The notes beneath the pieces were generated by a model that saw nothing but the letters and a program-made list of their open reading frames with translations, had not been told where the DNA came from and did not search any database. From Cellvibrio sp. (lineage in GTDB: Bacteria > Pseudomonadota > Gammaproteobacteria > Pseudomonadales > Cellvibrionaceae), in the NCBI GenBank assembly GCA_051885175.1, contig JBJEWS010000010.1, forward strand, positions 264,675-328,674: a stretch of DNA of 64,000 nt. Reading direction: 5' to 3'. This document shows, piece after piece, positions 19,669 to 29,623 of this stretch (positions within the stretch are counted from its first letter, which is position 1; each line of letters starts with the position of its first letter). A program made the position numbers and the translations under genes.

Positions 19669-21379
19669 CGCGATTTACCCATCTTTTTACGACTTGTGCC
19701 ACTCGGCCCGGATCGTCGGCGATTAAACCTTTAATTGCGTTAATTTGATCTTCGTAATCCATGTGCGGGCTTGGCAACATAAAGGCAGTTCCGCCCGTTA
19801 AGGTCACTGTCTCGTCGGAAACGCCATCAAGACTAATGCCGTTGGCTGCTTCGAGCGCCGCTAACTGACGCTCCTCTTCTTCTTCAATTTTACTGCCGCC
19901 ACTATTCGACAAGCCTTTAAATAGTGGGCGCAATACACCGAACACTATCGCTAAAAACAGTAACAAACCTACAATATAGCGAATATTGGGAACAATCCAG
20001 ACTTCCCACCAAGGTAGCGGCTCCTCAACTAACATGCCGTCGCGATTCATAAACGACGAGTTCAATACATTTACGCTATCGCCACGCACAGCACTAAAGC
20101 CAACGGCATCGCGCACCAAGAGCGATAACTGCTCAAGTTCAGCTTCTGTCCAAGCAATTTTTTGCTCGACACCTTCGGCATTTCGCACAATTTTATCATC
20201 GACCACTACAGCAACTGTTAAACGTTTAATTTGCCCTTGCTGATGTTTGGTGTAACTAATGGTTCGATCTAATTCGTAGTTACGAGTCGCCTGCTCACGC
20301 TTATTGGTCGGCGTGGTGTTAATGGGCAATCCGGTATTAGGGTCGATTTGTTCCGGCGCCTCGGCCATTCCTGGCGGTTGGTTAGTAAGCGCGCCTGGAA
20401 TACCCACTGCCAAATCATTGGCTGCTCGAGTTTCGTTGAGTGTTTGCTCCGAACGAATCGCCGGCATATCAGGATTAAACGTTTCGGCCGCTTGTTCGAC
20501 CGCAGTAAAGTCCACATCGGCACTTACTTGTGCGCGAAACTTTTCGCTACCAACCACTGGCTCGAGAATACTGTTGACTCGCTGAAGAATATTGCTCTCA
20601 ACGGTTTTGGTGTATTGATGTTGTTTAGTCGCGACAGTCAAGTCACTCGCTTCATCAATCATAGAAAGCAAACTACCGTGCTGATCTACAACGGTGACAT
20701 CTTCAGCGCGCATTCCGGGAACCGAAGACGCCACCAAATTCATAATGGCTTTAACTTGCGCCGTTTCGACGCTGCGTCCCGCATACACATCAAGAAAGAC
20801 CGACGCAGTAGGGTTGGTCGCGTCGCGAACGAATACCGTTTTCTTAGGGATGGCTAAGTGTACGCGAGCGGTGCGAATGCTATTAATACTGGTAATGGTG
20901 CGAGCAAGTTCACCTTCGATACTACGTTGATAACGAGTGTTTTCGACAAACTGACTGGTACCCAAAGGCTGCTCGGCATCCATAATCTCGAAGCCTTTAA
21001 TTTGGCTTGAAGGAAAACCTAACTCCGCGATTTTCATACGCGCCAAATGCACGTTGTTGGCATCCACTAAAATAATGCCGGTATTTTTTTCGATCTTATA
21101 AGGAATGGCATTTTGATCGAGCGCTTCGACAACACTGGCGGCATTTGCAGGATCAAGCCGACCAAACAAAGGGCGATAATCGTCAGGCTCTTTGGTCCAC
21201 ATCCACATAACAATTGCAAAGGCCACAGCAACACTTGCGATTAGCGCCACAATAAAACCCACTTGTCGCGCGACAGTAAGGCGACTAAAGCCTTCTAAAA
21301 AGTCGCCGCGCAGTGGTTTCTGCTTTTGCTCTACAGCGGTGTTTTTTTCATCACCTGCAGTTACGATAGTGTCTACCAT
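19661..21379 (-). CDS. fliF: Flagellar MS-ring protein FliF
   Basis: Two TMs; EGELARTI, ARVHLAIPK and NYELDRTISY motifs. Confidence 0.97.
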   Translation of the reverse strand: MVDTIVTAGDEKNTAVEQKQKPLRGDFLEGFSRLTVARQVGFIVALIASVAVAFAIVMWMWTKEPDDYRPLFGRLDPANAASVVEALDQNAIPYKIEKNTGIILVDANNVHLARMKIAELGFPSSQIKGFEIMDAEQPLGTSQFVENTRYQRSIEGELARTITSINSIRTARVHLAIPKKTVFVRDATNPTASVFLDVYAGRSVETAQVKAIMNLVASSVPGMRAEDVTVVDQHGSLLSMIDEASDLTVATKQHQYTKTVESNILQRVNSILEPVVGSEKFRAQVSADVDFTAVEQAAETFNPDMPAIRSEQTLNETRAANDLAVGIPGALTNQPPGMAEAPEQIDPNTGLPINTTPTNKREQATRNYELDRTISYTKHQQGQIKRLTVAVVVDDKIVRNAEGVEQKIAWTEAELEQLSLLVRDAVGFSAVRGDSVNVLNSSFMNRDGMLVEEPLPWWEVWIVPNIRYIVGLLLFLAIVFGVLRPLFKGLSNSGGSKIEEEEERQLAALEAANGISLDGVSDETVTLTGGTAFMLPSPHMDYEDQINAIKGLIADDPGRVAQVVKRWVNRDD

Positions 21380-21420
21380 TTTTTTAAAACCTTATGTCGC
21401 TTGCTCGCGTGAATGGCGAA

Positions 21421-21804
21421 TTATATCGCCATATTCATGACGTCTTTATAAGCTTCGATAACTTTATTACGAACTTGAACAGTTGCTTGAAAAGCCACCG
21501 AGGCTTTTTGTGAGGCTACCATCACATCGGTGATATCGACACCGGCCACACCGCGCTCGTACGCATTGGCCATTGACGACGAGGTTTGCTGTAAATTGTT
21601 AACTTTGTTGACCGCTTGGCTGAATAGGTCGCCAAATGCAGGGCCTCGTGAAACCGGTGCAACTTCCTGATTGCCACCAATTTGACGCATAGGATTTACG
21701 CGATCCATTTGGCCTAAGCCATTGGATGTATGAAATGCGTTGGTTTGCGACTTCAACGTGCGCATGTCTTGTAAAAGACGGCTGATATCAACTCTATCGA
21801 CCAT
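21421..21804 (-). CDS. fliE: Flagellar hook-basal body protein FliE
   Basis: [22 protein letters not shown]...MNMAI; start at MVDRV after RBS GAGG. Confidence 0.95.
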   Translation of the reverse strand: MVDRVDISRLLQDMRTLKSQTNAFHTSNGLGQMDRVNPMRQIGGNQEVAPVSRGPAFGDLFSQAVNKVNNLQQTSSSMANAYERGVAGVDITDVMVASQKASVAFQATVQVRNKVIEAYKDVMNMAI

Positions 21805-21872
21805 GTGACTAACCTCACCACCATGACAAAATTTTGGCATTTTTCTAAAAAATGCTGCCTTAACGGGGTAAT

Positions 21873-21888
21873 TGCACAAACTAGGCCA
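21873..21888 (-). promoter_or_regulatory. Sigma54 promoter of fliE-fliJ
   Basis: Minus strand TGGCCT-AGTTT-GTGCA (GG-N10-GC). Confidence 0.7.
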
Positions 21889-22045
21889 ACTCATCCAAGG
21901 CGACGAATTAGCGCGATGAATTAAACCTAACGCTCTTAACGTCTGATCGATATCACGACGTTACGCGATGAATAGAAATTGGGAATTGAGGCTGGAAATT
22001 GCTGAGCGGATTCTCAGTCGAGTTATTTTGAGAGTTTAAGAAGTG

Positions 22046-22076
22046 AAAAATAAGCGCGGATACTGCCGCGCTTATT
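22046..22076 (-). terminator. Terminator after fleR
   Basis: AATAAGCGCGG-N6-CCGCGCTTATT with a T-run on the minus strand. Confidence 0.8.
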
Positions 22077-22082
22077 AAGACA

Positions 22083-23657
22083 CTAATCGGTGATGTCGTA
22101 ACCTTCTTCGCGAAGTCGCGCAATTTTATAGCGGAGCGTTCTGGCACTAATGCCCAAACGTTCAGCGGTATTTTTACGGCTGCCACCTTCGACCCGCAAA
22201 GTATTCATGATAATTTCATATTCACGCTGCTTAAGATCATTACCTAAAGCAGGATTATTTAAAGTAGGCGCAGGTTTATATTCACTGCCCGACAACCCAA
22301 TCGTCTCGGCTCCCGTAGTCGCATAAAAACCGGATTGATGGCTTGGCAATGTGGCAGCAGACGCAGTGCCCGCGCGTGCATAAATGGGCACCACTTGAGC
22401 CGATGCTTGACCTTGAGTCAAGGCATTAGCTGCCTCGATTAAATTAGGTTTCTCACTAAACTGACTGCTGTGCTGTGAATAACCAGCGCCGTAAACATCG
22501 CCCGAATCTAACCCTAGATCTTGAGCCTCGATAGCAAAGCCGGCTTGTAGAATCAGTGCTCGCTGCATGATGTTATCCAACTCGCGAACGTTGCCTGGCC
22601 AGGAATACGCCATTAGCAATTGCTTGGCCGATTGTGTCAAATAAACGCCGCGGCGATTTTGTTTTTGCGCATGCTTTTGCAAAATGCGCTCAGCTAGAGG
22701 GACAATATCTTCGATACGATCGCGCAAAGGTGCCCATTGCAGTGGCAATACACTTAAACGGTAGTAAAGGTCTTCGCGAAACTTTCCTTCGACAACTTGC
22801 AAACGCATGTCACGGTTAGAAGTGGCAATAACGCGCACGTCGAGCTTGATCGTCTTACGGCCGCCCAAACGCTCCACTTCACGCTCCTGTAAAACACGCA
22901 ATAATTTTGCCTGAAGTCCAATATCCATTTCCGAAATTTCATCGAGCAAAAGTGTTCCGCCATTAGCTTGCTCGAACTTTCCTGGCGTTGTCGAATGTGC
23001 GCCCGTGTAAGCACCTTTTTCGTAACCAAACAACATGGCTTCTAGCATATTCTCGGGAATCGCTGCGCAGTTAATGGCCACGAAGGGTTTGTTTCGACGG
23101 GGTGAATTGTCGTGGACAAAGCGCGCGAGAACTTCTTTACCTGTACCCGATTCGCCCAAAATTAGAACGGTCGATTCCGATTGCGCTACGCGAGTCGCCA
23201 ACTGCAATAAGTGGCGGCTTGATGGCGCTTCCGCGATAGGATTATCGCCCTGCGCTTGAGCCACCCCCATGTGCCGCGCGACAGTTTCAACCAATAATTG
23301 TGGTGCGAAAGGTTTGACCAGATAATCGACAGCGCCGTTTTTCATAGCATCCACAGAAGCCTCAATGGATGCATAAGCCGTAATGAGCATCATGGGAATT
23401 TGCGGGTAATCCGCTTTCACTTGACGCAATAATTCTTGCCCACTCATGCCGCCCATGTTCACGTCGGACACAATCATTCCGATTTCAGAATTAATAGCTA
23501 ATTGCTTAAGAGCGTCCTCGGCGCTAGCAACCGCCGTCACGCTGTAGTCGGCAAGTTGTAATGTATCGACCAGCGCTTCCCGTAAGCTGGTGTCATCCTC
23601 AACGACTAACACTGTGCCTAGACTTTGAAGTTCTTGGGATTTAATTGCGAGAGCCAT
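22083..23657 (-). CDS. fleR: Sigma54-dependent response regulator FleR
   Basis: [17 protein letters not shown] loop and Fis-type HTH; downstream of fleS. Confidence 0.93.
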   Translation of the reverse strand: MALAIKSQELQSLGTVLVVEDDTSLREALVDTLQLADYSVTAVASAEDALKQLAINSEIGMIVSDVNMGGMSGQELLRQVKADYPQIPMMLITAYASIEASVDAMKNGAVDYLVKPFAPQLLVETVARHMGVAQAQGDNPIAEAPSSRHLLQLATRVAQSESTVLILGESGTGKEVLARFVHDNSPRRNKPFVAINCAAIPENMLEAMLFGYEKGAYTGAHSTTPGKFEQANGGTLLLDEISEMDIGLQAKLLRVLQEREVERLGGRKTIKLDVRVIATSNRDMRLQVVEGKFREDLYYRLSVLPLQWAPLRDRIEDIVPLAERILQKHAQKQNRRGVYLTQSAKQLLMAYSWPGNVRELDNIMQRALILQAGFAIEAQDLGLDSGDVYGAGYSQHSSQFSEKPNLIEAANALTQGQASAQVVPIYARAGTASAATLPSHQSGFYATTGAETIGLSGSEYKPAPTLNNPALGNDLKQREYEIIMNTLRVEGGSRKNTAERLGISARTLRYKIARLREEGYDITD

Positions 23658-23666
23658 AGTTAACTC

Positions 23667-24980
23667 CTACTGCGGAAATGATGCGAATGGAAGCAAGAGA
23701 CTTGCGCAAGTGCCTTGCCCCTGTTTCGAATTTAATAAAAATTTTCCGTGATGGGCACGAGCAACGGCTTGCACCACGCTCAGACCAAGTCCAGTGCCTT
23801 GCGACTTTGTGGTCACAAATAAATCGCCCACGCTTGCTAATAATTCCTCGGGAATACCGGGGCCTTTGTCGCATACCCGAATCCATAATTGTTCGGGCTC
23901 ATTCGATAACACGGTGCGTCCAAGGGCATGAGGATATAAGTTCAGCTCGATGCGCAACTTCGCGTTTTTTTCAACGGCCTGAATGGCGTTATTGACTAAA
24001 TTAAGTATCGCGCCGACCAATGCCTCTTTGTTGCATTGAATATATTTTTCTCGACACTGAATAACCCACTCGCAGCTCGATTCACTGGTGAGTAACGGAA
24101 CTTCCATTGCCTCTACCAAAGCCTCTTGAAGCTCGGCGACACTCATGACGTCGCGCAATGGGATTTCGCCTTTCACATACACCAGCATGTCTTGAATTTG
24201 ACGCTCGATGTTGGTTAGGCGGCCTTGTATTTTTTCGACAAATTGCTGGCGTTTCTCGTCGGTAATTTTTCCATTTCCGAGATGACCTGCGTAGAGCATG
24301 GCGGCCGATAACGGCGTTCGAATTTGATGCGCCAGAGCGCTCATCATTTTTCCGAGCGCAGAGAGACGCTCGTGGCGAGATAACTCGCTTTGCAGACGAC
24401 GGGTTTCGGTTAAGTCGGTTAAAAGAATAATCTGACCATCAACGCCTAGGTTACGTGTTTGAATGCTGATGCGGCGCCCGTCTTTAAGCGATACCTCATG
24501 ACCATCGTCTTGGCGGGGCGCAAAGCACCGATGAATCAGGTCGCGCCACAGCTCGCCCTGTAAAGGATCACCCAAAAGCTCACGCGCAGCAGGATTACAC
24601 TCCGATACGTAACCTAAAGGATCGAGAACTACTACGCCGCCGGGCAGGAAATTCAAAAGACTTTCGAGGCGATTGGCCAGCCGCTCTTTTTCGGCTAACT
24701 CCTCTAAGCGTTGACGGCTCAATGTCGTCAACTCTTCATTAAGTTCAGCAACGCGATTTTCTAACTGATGATAAGAATTGGCTAACTGCTGCGACATTTG
24801 CTGGAATTGCGCAAAGGCTTCGGTGAGATTCTCGCCGCCAGCCTCACCTTGCTGAGTGGCCAAGGAGCGACGTTTAGCAACCAACGGACTGGTCGCCGCA
24901 CTTGTGGGACGCACAATGTGAATGAGATTGCCCGCAGTTGCTGGACGCTCTTGAACATTGGATGACGTTGGTAGATTCAT
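23667..24980 (-). CDS. fleS: PAS sensor kinase FleS
   Basis: Coiled coil, PAS, AHQIRTPLS H-box, NLVNNA, DKGPG and GTGLGL; no TM. Confidence 0.93.
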   Translation of the reverse strand: MNLPTSSNVQERPATAGNLIHIVRPTSAATSPLVAKRRSLATQQGEAGGENLTEAFAQFQQMSQQLANSYHQLENRVAELNEELTTLSRQRLEELAEKERLANRLESLLNFLPGGVVVLDPLGYVSECNPAARELLGDPLQGELWRDLIHRCFAPRQDDGHEVSLKDGRRISIQTRNLGVDGQIILLTDLTETRRLQSELSRHERLSALGKMMSALAHQIRTPLSAAMLYAGHLGNGKITDEKRQQFVEKIQGRLTNIERQIQDMLVYVKGEIPLRDVMSVAELQEALVEAMEVPLLTSESSCEWVIQCREKYIQCNKEALVGAILNLVNNAIQAVEKNAKLRIELNLYPHALGRTVLSNEPEQLWIRVCDKGPGIPEELLASVGDLFVTTKSQGTGLGLSVVQAVARAHHGKFLLNSKQGQGTCASLLLPFASFPQ

Positions 24981-25058
24981 GACTTATCCCAAAAAATGAT
25001 GCTGCTCAGTCAATTTTCCATCGAAAAGTGACGCACGCCGATTTCTTACAAGGGATAA

Positions 25059-25074
25059 TGCAATTGCAATGCCA
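25059..25074 (-). promoter_or_regulatory. Sigma54 promoter of fleSR
   Basis: Minus strand TGGCAT-TGCAA-TTGCA. Confidence 0.85.
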
Positions 25075-25126
25075 GATGTAAATAACGATAAAAATCAGAC
25101 ACTTATGATTATTATTAAGTTTGCCA

Positions 25127-25140
25127 GTCAAAGAATTGGC
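25127..25140. promoter_or_regulatory. Candidate FleQ enhancer site between fleS and rhlE
   Basis: GTCAAAGAATTGGC, 11/14 to consensus, about 80-90 bp upstream of the predicted fleS start site. Confidence 0.55.
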
Positions 25141-25315
25141 TTTTACGCGCGAATCGACCAGAGTTTTTTCTAGCATCTTCGTCGGCCACTGCGTAACATG
25201 CGCGCTCGGTACCAGTAAGGTCAGTACCGCCATTCAGTTAGAAAGCGCAGGCTTTCCTCTCTTTGCTCGTCAGACCTTAACCTGAATCTCAGGGGTCGAG
25301 CGCCAGGATTTATCT

Positions 25316-26737
25316 ATGTCATTCGCGTCACTCGGCTTAAGCGCCGAAATTTTGCAAGCCGTTGCCGAAGAAGGTTACGACTCCCCTACTCCTATTCAAG
25401 CTCAAGCCATTCCGCTGGTATTAAAAGGCGGCGATATCTTAGCTGCCGCACAGACGGGCACCGGTAAAACCGCGGGCTTTACGCTGCCGATGCTCGAGCG
25501 CCTTATTAAAAAGCCGACCGGTAAAACAGCCCAAGGCCGTCGCCCACTTCGCGCCCTGGTGCTCACCCCTACTCGTGAACTCGCCGCTCAAGTGGGCGAC
25601 AACATTCGCACCTACAGTAAATACGTTCCAATTCGCTCGACGGTAGTTTTCGGCGGCGTTAGCATCAATCCACAAATGATGAAGTTACGCGGCGGCGTCG
25701 ACATTCTCACGGCAACGCCCGGTCGACTGTTAGATTTAGTGAATCAAAACGCGGTATCGCTTCGCGATGTAGAAATACTCGTACTCGATGAAGCCGACCG
25801 CATGCTCGATATGGGCTTCATTCACGACATCAAGAAAGTTTTAGCGTTATTACCCAGCAAGCGACAAAACTTATTATTTTCGGCAACTTTTTCTGACGAC
25901 ATCAAAGCACTTGCCGACCGCCTGCTTAACAACCCAACACTGGTGGAAGTCGCTCGTCGCAATACCACCAGCGAACAAGTCGAGCAGATCATCCACCCAG
26001 TCGATCGCAACCGTAAACGTGAGCTCTTATCCCACTTGATTAAAAAAGATCAGTGGAAACAAGTGCTGATCTTTACTCGCACTAAGCACGGTGCCAATAA
26101 ATTAACCGAGCAACTTAACGATGATGGCATCACTGCCGCCGCTATTCACGGCAACAAAAGCCAAGGCGCGCGCACCAAAGCCTTAGACGATTTCAAAAAA
26201 GGAAATATTTGCGCGTTGGTTGCCACCGATATAGCCGCACGCGGTATCGATATCGATCAACTACCATTTGTTGTGAATTACGAGCTGCCGAATATTCCAG
26301 AAGATTATGTTCACCGAATCGGTAGAACAGGTCGTGCGCAAGCAGAAGGCAAGGCGATTTCGCTGGTATGCATTGATGAGAATGGATTTTTAAAAGACAT
26401 CGAAAAGCTTATCAAAAGCGAAATACCCAAAATAGTGGTCGAAAGTTTCGAACCTGATCCTAACGCACGCCCCGAACCAATCGTGCTTGGACGTCGCATG
26501 ACGATTGGCGCCGGTGCGAAGCCCAATGGCAGAAACAACAAACGTCCTGGCACGACGTTGGGAGCCAAACCCAAAGGTGGCCAGCAAAAATCGGCGGGTG
26601 GTAAACCCAGTGCCAATGGAGATAAGAATGGTGTGGCTAAAAATCAATCTGCCCGTAAGCCTTCAAGTGTCGCTTCGAAGATGAGTGGCCTAACGCAACA
26701 AGGCCAACCTCGTCGTCGCAAGCCTAAAGTCGATTGA
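25316..26737 (+). CDS. rhlE: DEAD-box RNA helicase RhlE
   Basis: Q motif, [21 protein letters not shown] and HRIGRTGRA; basic disordered C-tail. Confidence 0.93.
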   Translation: MSFASLGLSAEILQAVAEEGYDSPTPIQAQAIPLVLKGGDILAAAQTGTGKTAGFTLPMLERLIKKPTGKTAQGRRPLRALVLTPTRELAAQVGDNIRTYSKYVPIRSTVVFGGVSINPQMMKLRGGVDILTATPGRLLDLVNQNAVSLRDVEILVLDEADRMLDMGFIHDIKKVLALLPSKRQNLLFSATFSDDIKALADRLLNNPTLVEVARRNTTSEQVEQIIHPVDRNRKRELLSHLIKKDQWKQVLIFTRTKHGANKLTEQLNDDGITAAAIHGNKSQGARTKALDDFKKGNICALVATDIAARGIDIDQLPFVVNYELPNIPEDYVHRIGRTGRAQAEGKAISLVCIDENGFLKDIEKLIKSEIPKIVVESFEPDPNARPEPIVLGRRMTIGAGAKPNGRNNKRPGTTLGAKPKGGQQKSAGGKPSANGDKNGVAKNQSARKPSSVASKMSGLTQQGQPRRRKPKVD

Positions 26738-26751
26738 TAATTGTTAGGTAA

Positions 26752-26780
26752 TAAAAAAGGCTCCCTGGGAGCCTTTTTTA
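26752..26780. terminator. Bidirectional terminator between rhlE and fleQ
   Basis: TAAAAAAGGCTCC-ctg-GGAGCCTTTTTTA. Confidence 0.85.
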
Positions 26781-26781
26781 T

Positions 26782-28233
26782 TTATCGCTGCATATCATAT
26801 TTACGCATTTTTTCGACCAATGTCGTACGTCTGACGCATAGCTTATCGGCGGCACGCGCCACCACACCACCACAATCATTGAGCGCCTGCTGAATCAGAC
26901 TGATTTCTAACTTAGTAATGTACTCACGCAAGTCGATTCCACCTTCTGGTAATAAAGGCGAGTCATTCATGCTGACATAACCCTGCGCTTGCGGCATATC
27001 GGTTGGTGTCGACTTAGTGGCAAATTCGTCTTCAACTTCGACGTGACGATATTTAGCAGGCAATTCTTGAACACCAATCACGCCATCGGGGAACATGATC
27101 GCCATACGCTCAACCAAGTTGGCCAGCTCCCTCACGTTACCACTCCACTCGTGTCGACACAGCGACATAATCGCCGCCGAGTTGAATCGTATGGTGCCAC
27201 GTTGCTCGGCTTCCAGACGAGCAACCAACTCATTAAGTAACAATGGAATGTCTTCAGAGCGCTCTTTAAGTGATGGCAACTCAATAGGAAAAACGTTCAG
27301 GCGGTAGTACAGGTCTTCGCGAAAGGTGTTTTCCTCAATCATCTTTTCGAGATGACGGTGAGTCGCGGCAATAATTCGCACATCAATAGATTGTGTTTTA
27401 TTGCTGCCCACGCGTTCAAAGCAACGCTCTTGAAGGACGCGCAAAATTTTGACCTGCATATTGAGTGGCATATCGCCAATCTCGTCTAAAAACAAAGTAC
27501 CGCCTTCGGCCATTTCAAACCGGCCGGCGCGGGAGCTAATTGCTCCAGTAAAAGCGCCTTTTTCGTGACCGAACAATTCACTCTCAAGCAGCTCGGCAGG
27601 AATCGCACCGCAGTTGACCGGTACAAACGGCTTATCGCGACGCGGTGAGTTGTAGTGCAAGTTTCTTGCGACAACTTCTTTACCAGTACCCGACTCTCCA
27701 GTAATAAGAACCGATACATCCTTATCCGCGACCTGAGACATCATGTCGCGAACCTGTTGAATGCGAGCACTAGTCCCTACCAAACTTCTAAATAAATGAG
27801 GCGGCCTGCGGGTTGGTTGTCGCTTAGATTTCATTTGAGCATCGCGATATAAACGACCACGGTGCAGAGTGTCGACCAAAATATTGTAAGTAGGACTTGA
27901 AGGAAGCTGAGCAATGACCATGGACGCAAACGTCTCATCAATTTGGCTATCCGCTTGTGTCGCATCGTCATCAATCAGGATGACCGCGGCTTCATCGCTC
28001 CAGTTATAAAGCTGTTTCAAAATCTGCGCATATCCGAGCGCTGAACGAGAATAATCTCCTAAAAAAATTGCCGAAAACTCGTCTTTCTGTGCGCCGGATG
28101 CATCTACTTGATCCAGCCAATCGGTACTTCCCGCAATCACCGCTGTTTCACTAAGAAAATCAAAAAGGACTTTAAGATTTCGGGCGCGAGATGAGTCGTC
28201 ATCGATTACGAGGATTTTATTAGAGTGCCGCAT
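26782..28233 (-). CDS. fleQ: Flagellar master regulator FleQ (FlrA)
   Basis: Atypical receiver-like N-terminus, [14 protein letters not shown] and [15 protein letters not shown]. Confidence 0.95.
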   Translation of the reverse strand: MRHSNKILVIDDDSSRARNLKVLFDFLSETAVIAGSTDWLDQVDASGAQKDEFSAIFLGDYSRSALGYAQILKQLYNWSDEAAVILIDDDATQADSQIDETFASMVIAQLPSSPTYNILVDTLHRGRLYRDAQMKSKRQPTRRPPHLFRSLVGTSARIQQVRDMMSQVADKDVSVLITGESGTGKEVVARNLHYNSPRRDKPFVPVNCGAIPAELLESELFGHEKGAFTGAISSRAGRFEMAEGGTLFLDEIGDMPLNMQVKILRVLQERCFERVGSNKTQSIDVRIIAATHRHLEKMIEENTFREDLYYRLNVFPIELPSLKERSEDIPLLLNELVARLEAEQRGTIRFNSAAIMSLCRHEWSGNVRELANLVERMAIMFPDGVIGVQELPAKYRHVEVEDEFATKSTPTDMPQAQGYVSMNDSPLLPEGGIDLREYITKLEISLIQQALNDCGGVVARAADKLCVRRTTLVEKMRKYDMQR

Positions 28234-28324
28234 AAATTTGCCCCAAGTTTATTGTTCAGAGCGACAGGGAGAAAGCCTCAGCTTTGTCGCGATTTTCAAC
28301 AATATCTGCTTTTGTCAGCGAGAA

Positions 28325-28338
28325 GTCAATTTAATGAC
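28325..28338 (-). promoter_or_regulatory. Near-consensus FleQ box upstream of fleQ
   Basis: Minus strand GTCATTAAATTGAC, 13/14 to GTCAATAAATTGAC. Confidence 0.6.
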
Positions 28339-28350
28339 AACCGCTGTTAC

Positions 28351-28372
28351 GTTTGTTTGACGTCAATCAAAC
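28351..28372. promoter_or_regulatory. 22-bp imperfect palindrome containing an FNR/ANR-like box
   Basis: GTTTGTTTGACGTCAATCAAAC (20/22 self-complementary); TTGAC-GTCA-ATCAA is 9/10 to TTGAT-N4-ATCAA. Confidence 0.45.
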
Positions 28373-28420
28373 TCACTATCCAATTACCCGCCATAGCGTC
28401 AAATAATGAACAGGAAACAA

Positions 28421-28828
28421 CTAACTACTCGGAGTTTGTGTGATGTTAGGAATGTCATCCCAACCTGATTTAATGGTTTTTAATAGTTCGACTACCTCGC
28501 CAACTTTTTTCGGGTCGTTATCTTGCGACGCTTCAAGTAGACGAAAGCTCATGTATTCATAAAGGCGGTCGAGATTTTCCGGCAATTCCCCCTGAGACAT
28601 ATCGAGTGACGATCGCAAGCCAGAAATAATCGCAACAGATTTATCAATAAAGCGTGCTTTTTCCTCGTAGGCATTGCGCTCAATTGCCGCATTGGCACGT
28701 AGAAGATGAGTAATTGCGCCTTCAAACAAGAGTTGTATGAGTCGATGGGGAGATGCTTGACCAATCTCAGAAGTGAGACCTAAATTGCGGTACTGCTTTA
28801 GTGCTTCTTTAGATTTATAAAAAGTCAC
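28421..28828 (-). CDS. fliS: Flagellin chaperone FliS, paralog 2
   Basis: ASPHRLIQLLFEGA, LDRLYEYM and GWD motifs; GTG start. Confidence 0.9.
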   Translation of the reverse strand: MTFYKSKEALKQYRNLGLTSEIGQASPHRLIQLLFEGAITHLLRANAAIERNAYEEKARFIDKSVAIISGLRSSLDMSQGELPENLDRLYEYMSFRLLEASQDNDPKKVGEVVELLKTIKSGWDDIPNITQTPSS

Positions 28829-28901
28829 GAGAGCCTCAACTAGCCGTTTTAACGATAGATACCGCTAGGCTAGCAGGGCTCTTGAAATAATGCGAGTTGT
28901 A

Positions 28902-29186
28902 TCACAGGTTTTGCGCGCGATCCGCCGAGTCATGACAACGGTGAATCATATTGGCATAAACGGTTTTAAGTCCACTTAACGCTGAAATTAAAATCTCTTT
29001 ATTATCGCGGTTAGCGGCAATCACGCGATCGACCACCAACGCACAGAGCGTATCGAGATGTTGCACACGCCCCCAGTCCTCTTGATCTAGCGCCTCAAGA
29101 AGATCTCGTTGAAGCTGCTTGATTGCAGAAACTCCTGCCGAACCTCTGTACTCAACAGGAGGCAATACTTGAAGATGATGATTCAT
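28902..29186 (-). CDS. Small helical protein between the two fliS genes (possibly FliT-like)
   Basis: RBS AAGGA; LLEALDQEDWGRVQHLD resembles the FliT N-terminal helix; position-based call. Confidence 0.5.
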   Translation of the reverse strand: MNHHLQVLPPVEYRGSAGVSAIKQLQRDLLEALDQEDWGRVQHLDTLCALVVDRVIAANRDNKEILISALSGLKTVYANMIHRCHDSADRAQNL

Positions 29187-29194
29187 GTGCGTCC

Positions 29195-29581
29195 TTAATA
29201 TCCTGGTCCGATGGCATCCCAACCGACTTTAATTTCGCCTAAAAGTTTGGCGCACTCATCTAACATTTCGATATCGTTTTCGCGATTAGCCTGAGTTAAA
29301 CGACGGATGATGTAATCGTATAAAGAATCGAGACTTTTCGCTAAATCGCCGCCTTGGTTGTCGTTAAGACTACCTTGCAGTCCGCCCACAATATTAATTG
29401 CCTTAATAATCAGCTCACCTTTTCGCGCAATGTTGTTCTGCTGCATAGCACCTTTGGCCTGAGCAATACGCTCAAGAGCACCTTCAAACAACATTTGAAT
29501 GAGACGATGTGGCGAGGCCGCCTCAACCCCAGAGTGAACCTTAACGGAGGAGTATCGTTGAATTGCGGAGAAAGAATTCAT
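29195..29581 (-). CDS. fliS: Flagellin chaperone FliS, paralog 1
   Basis: ASPHRLIQMLFEGA, LDSLYDYI and GWDAI motifs; start at MNSFSA. Confidence 0.93.
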   Translation of the reverse strand: MNSFSAIQRYSSVKVHSGVEAASPHRLIQMLFEGALERIAQAKGAMQQNNIARKGELIIKAINIVGGLQGSLNDNQGGDLAKSLDSLYDYIIRRLTQANRENDIEMLDECAKLLGEIKVGWDAIGPGY

Positions 29582-29623
29582 TACACAGCCCTTACCAAAG
29601 CCAAACACTAATTCGATACCAGT

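Noticed and set aside
20269-20930. Several ORFs overlapping fliF, mostly antisense (up to 169 aa)
   Set aside because: Shadows of fliF; the same applies to the many 60-140 aa overlapping ORFs throughout the track
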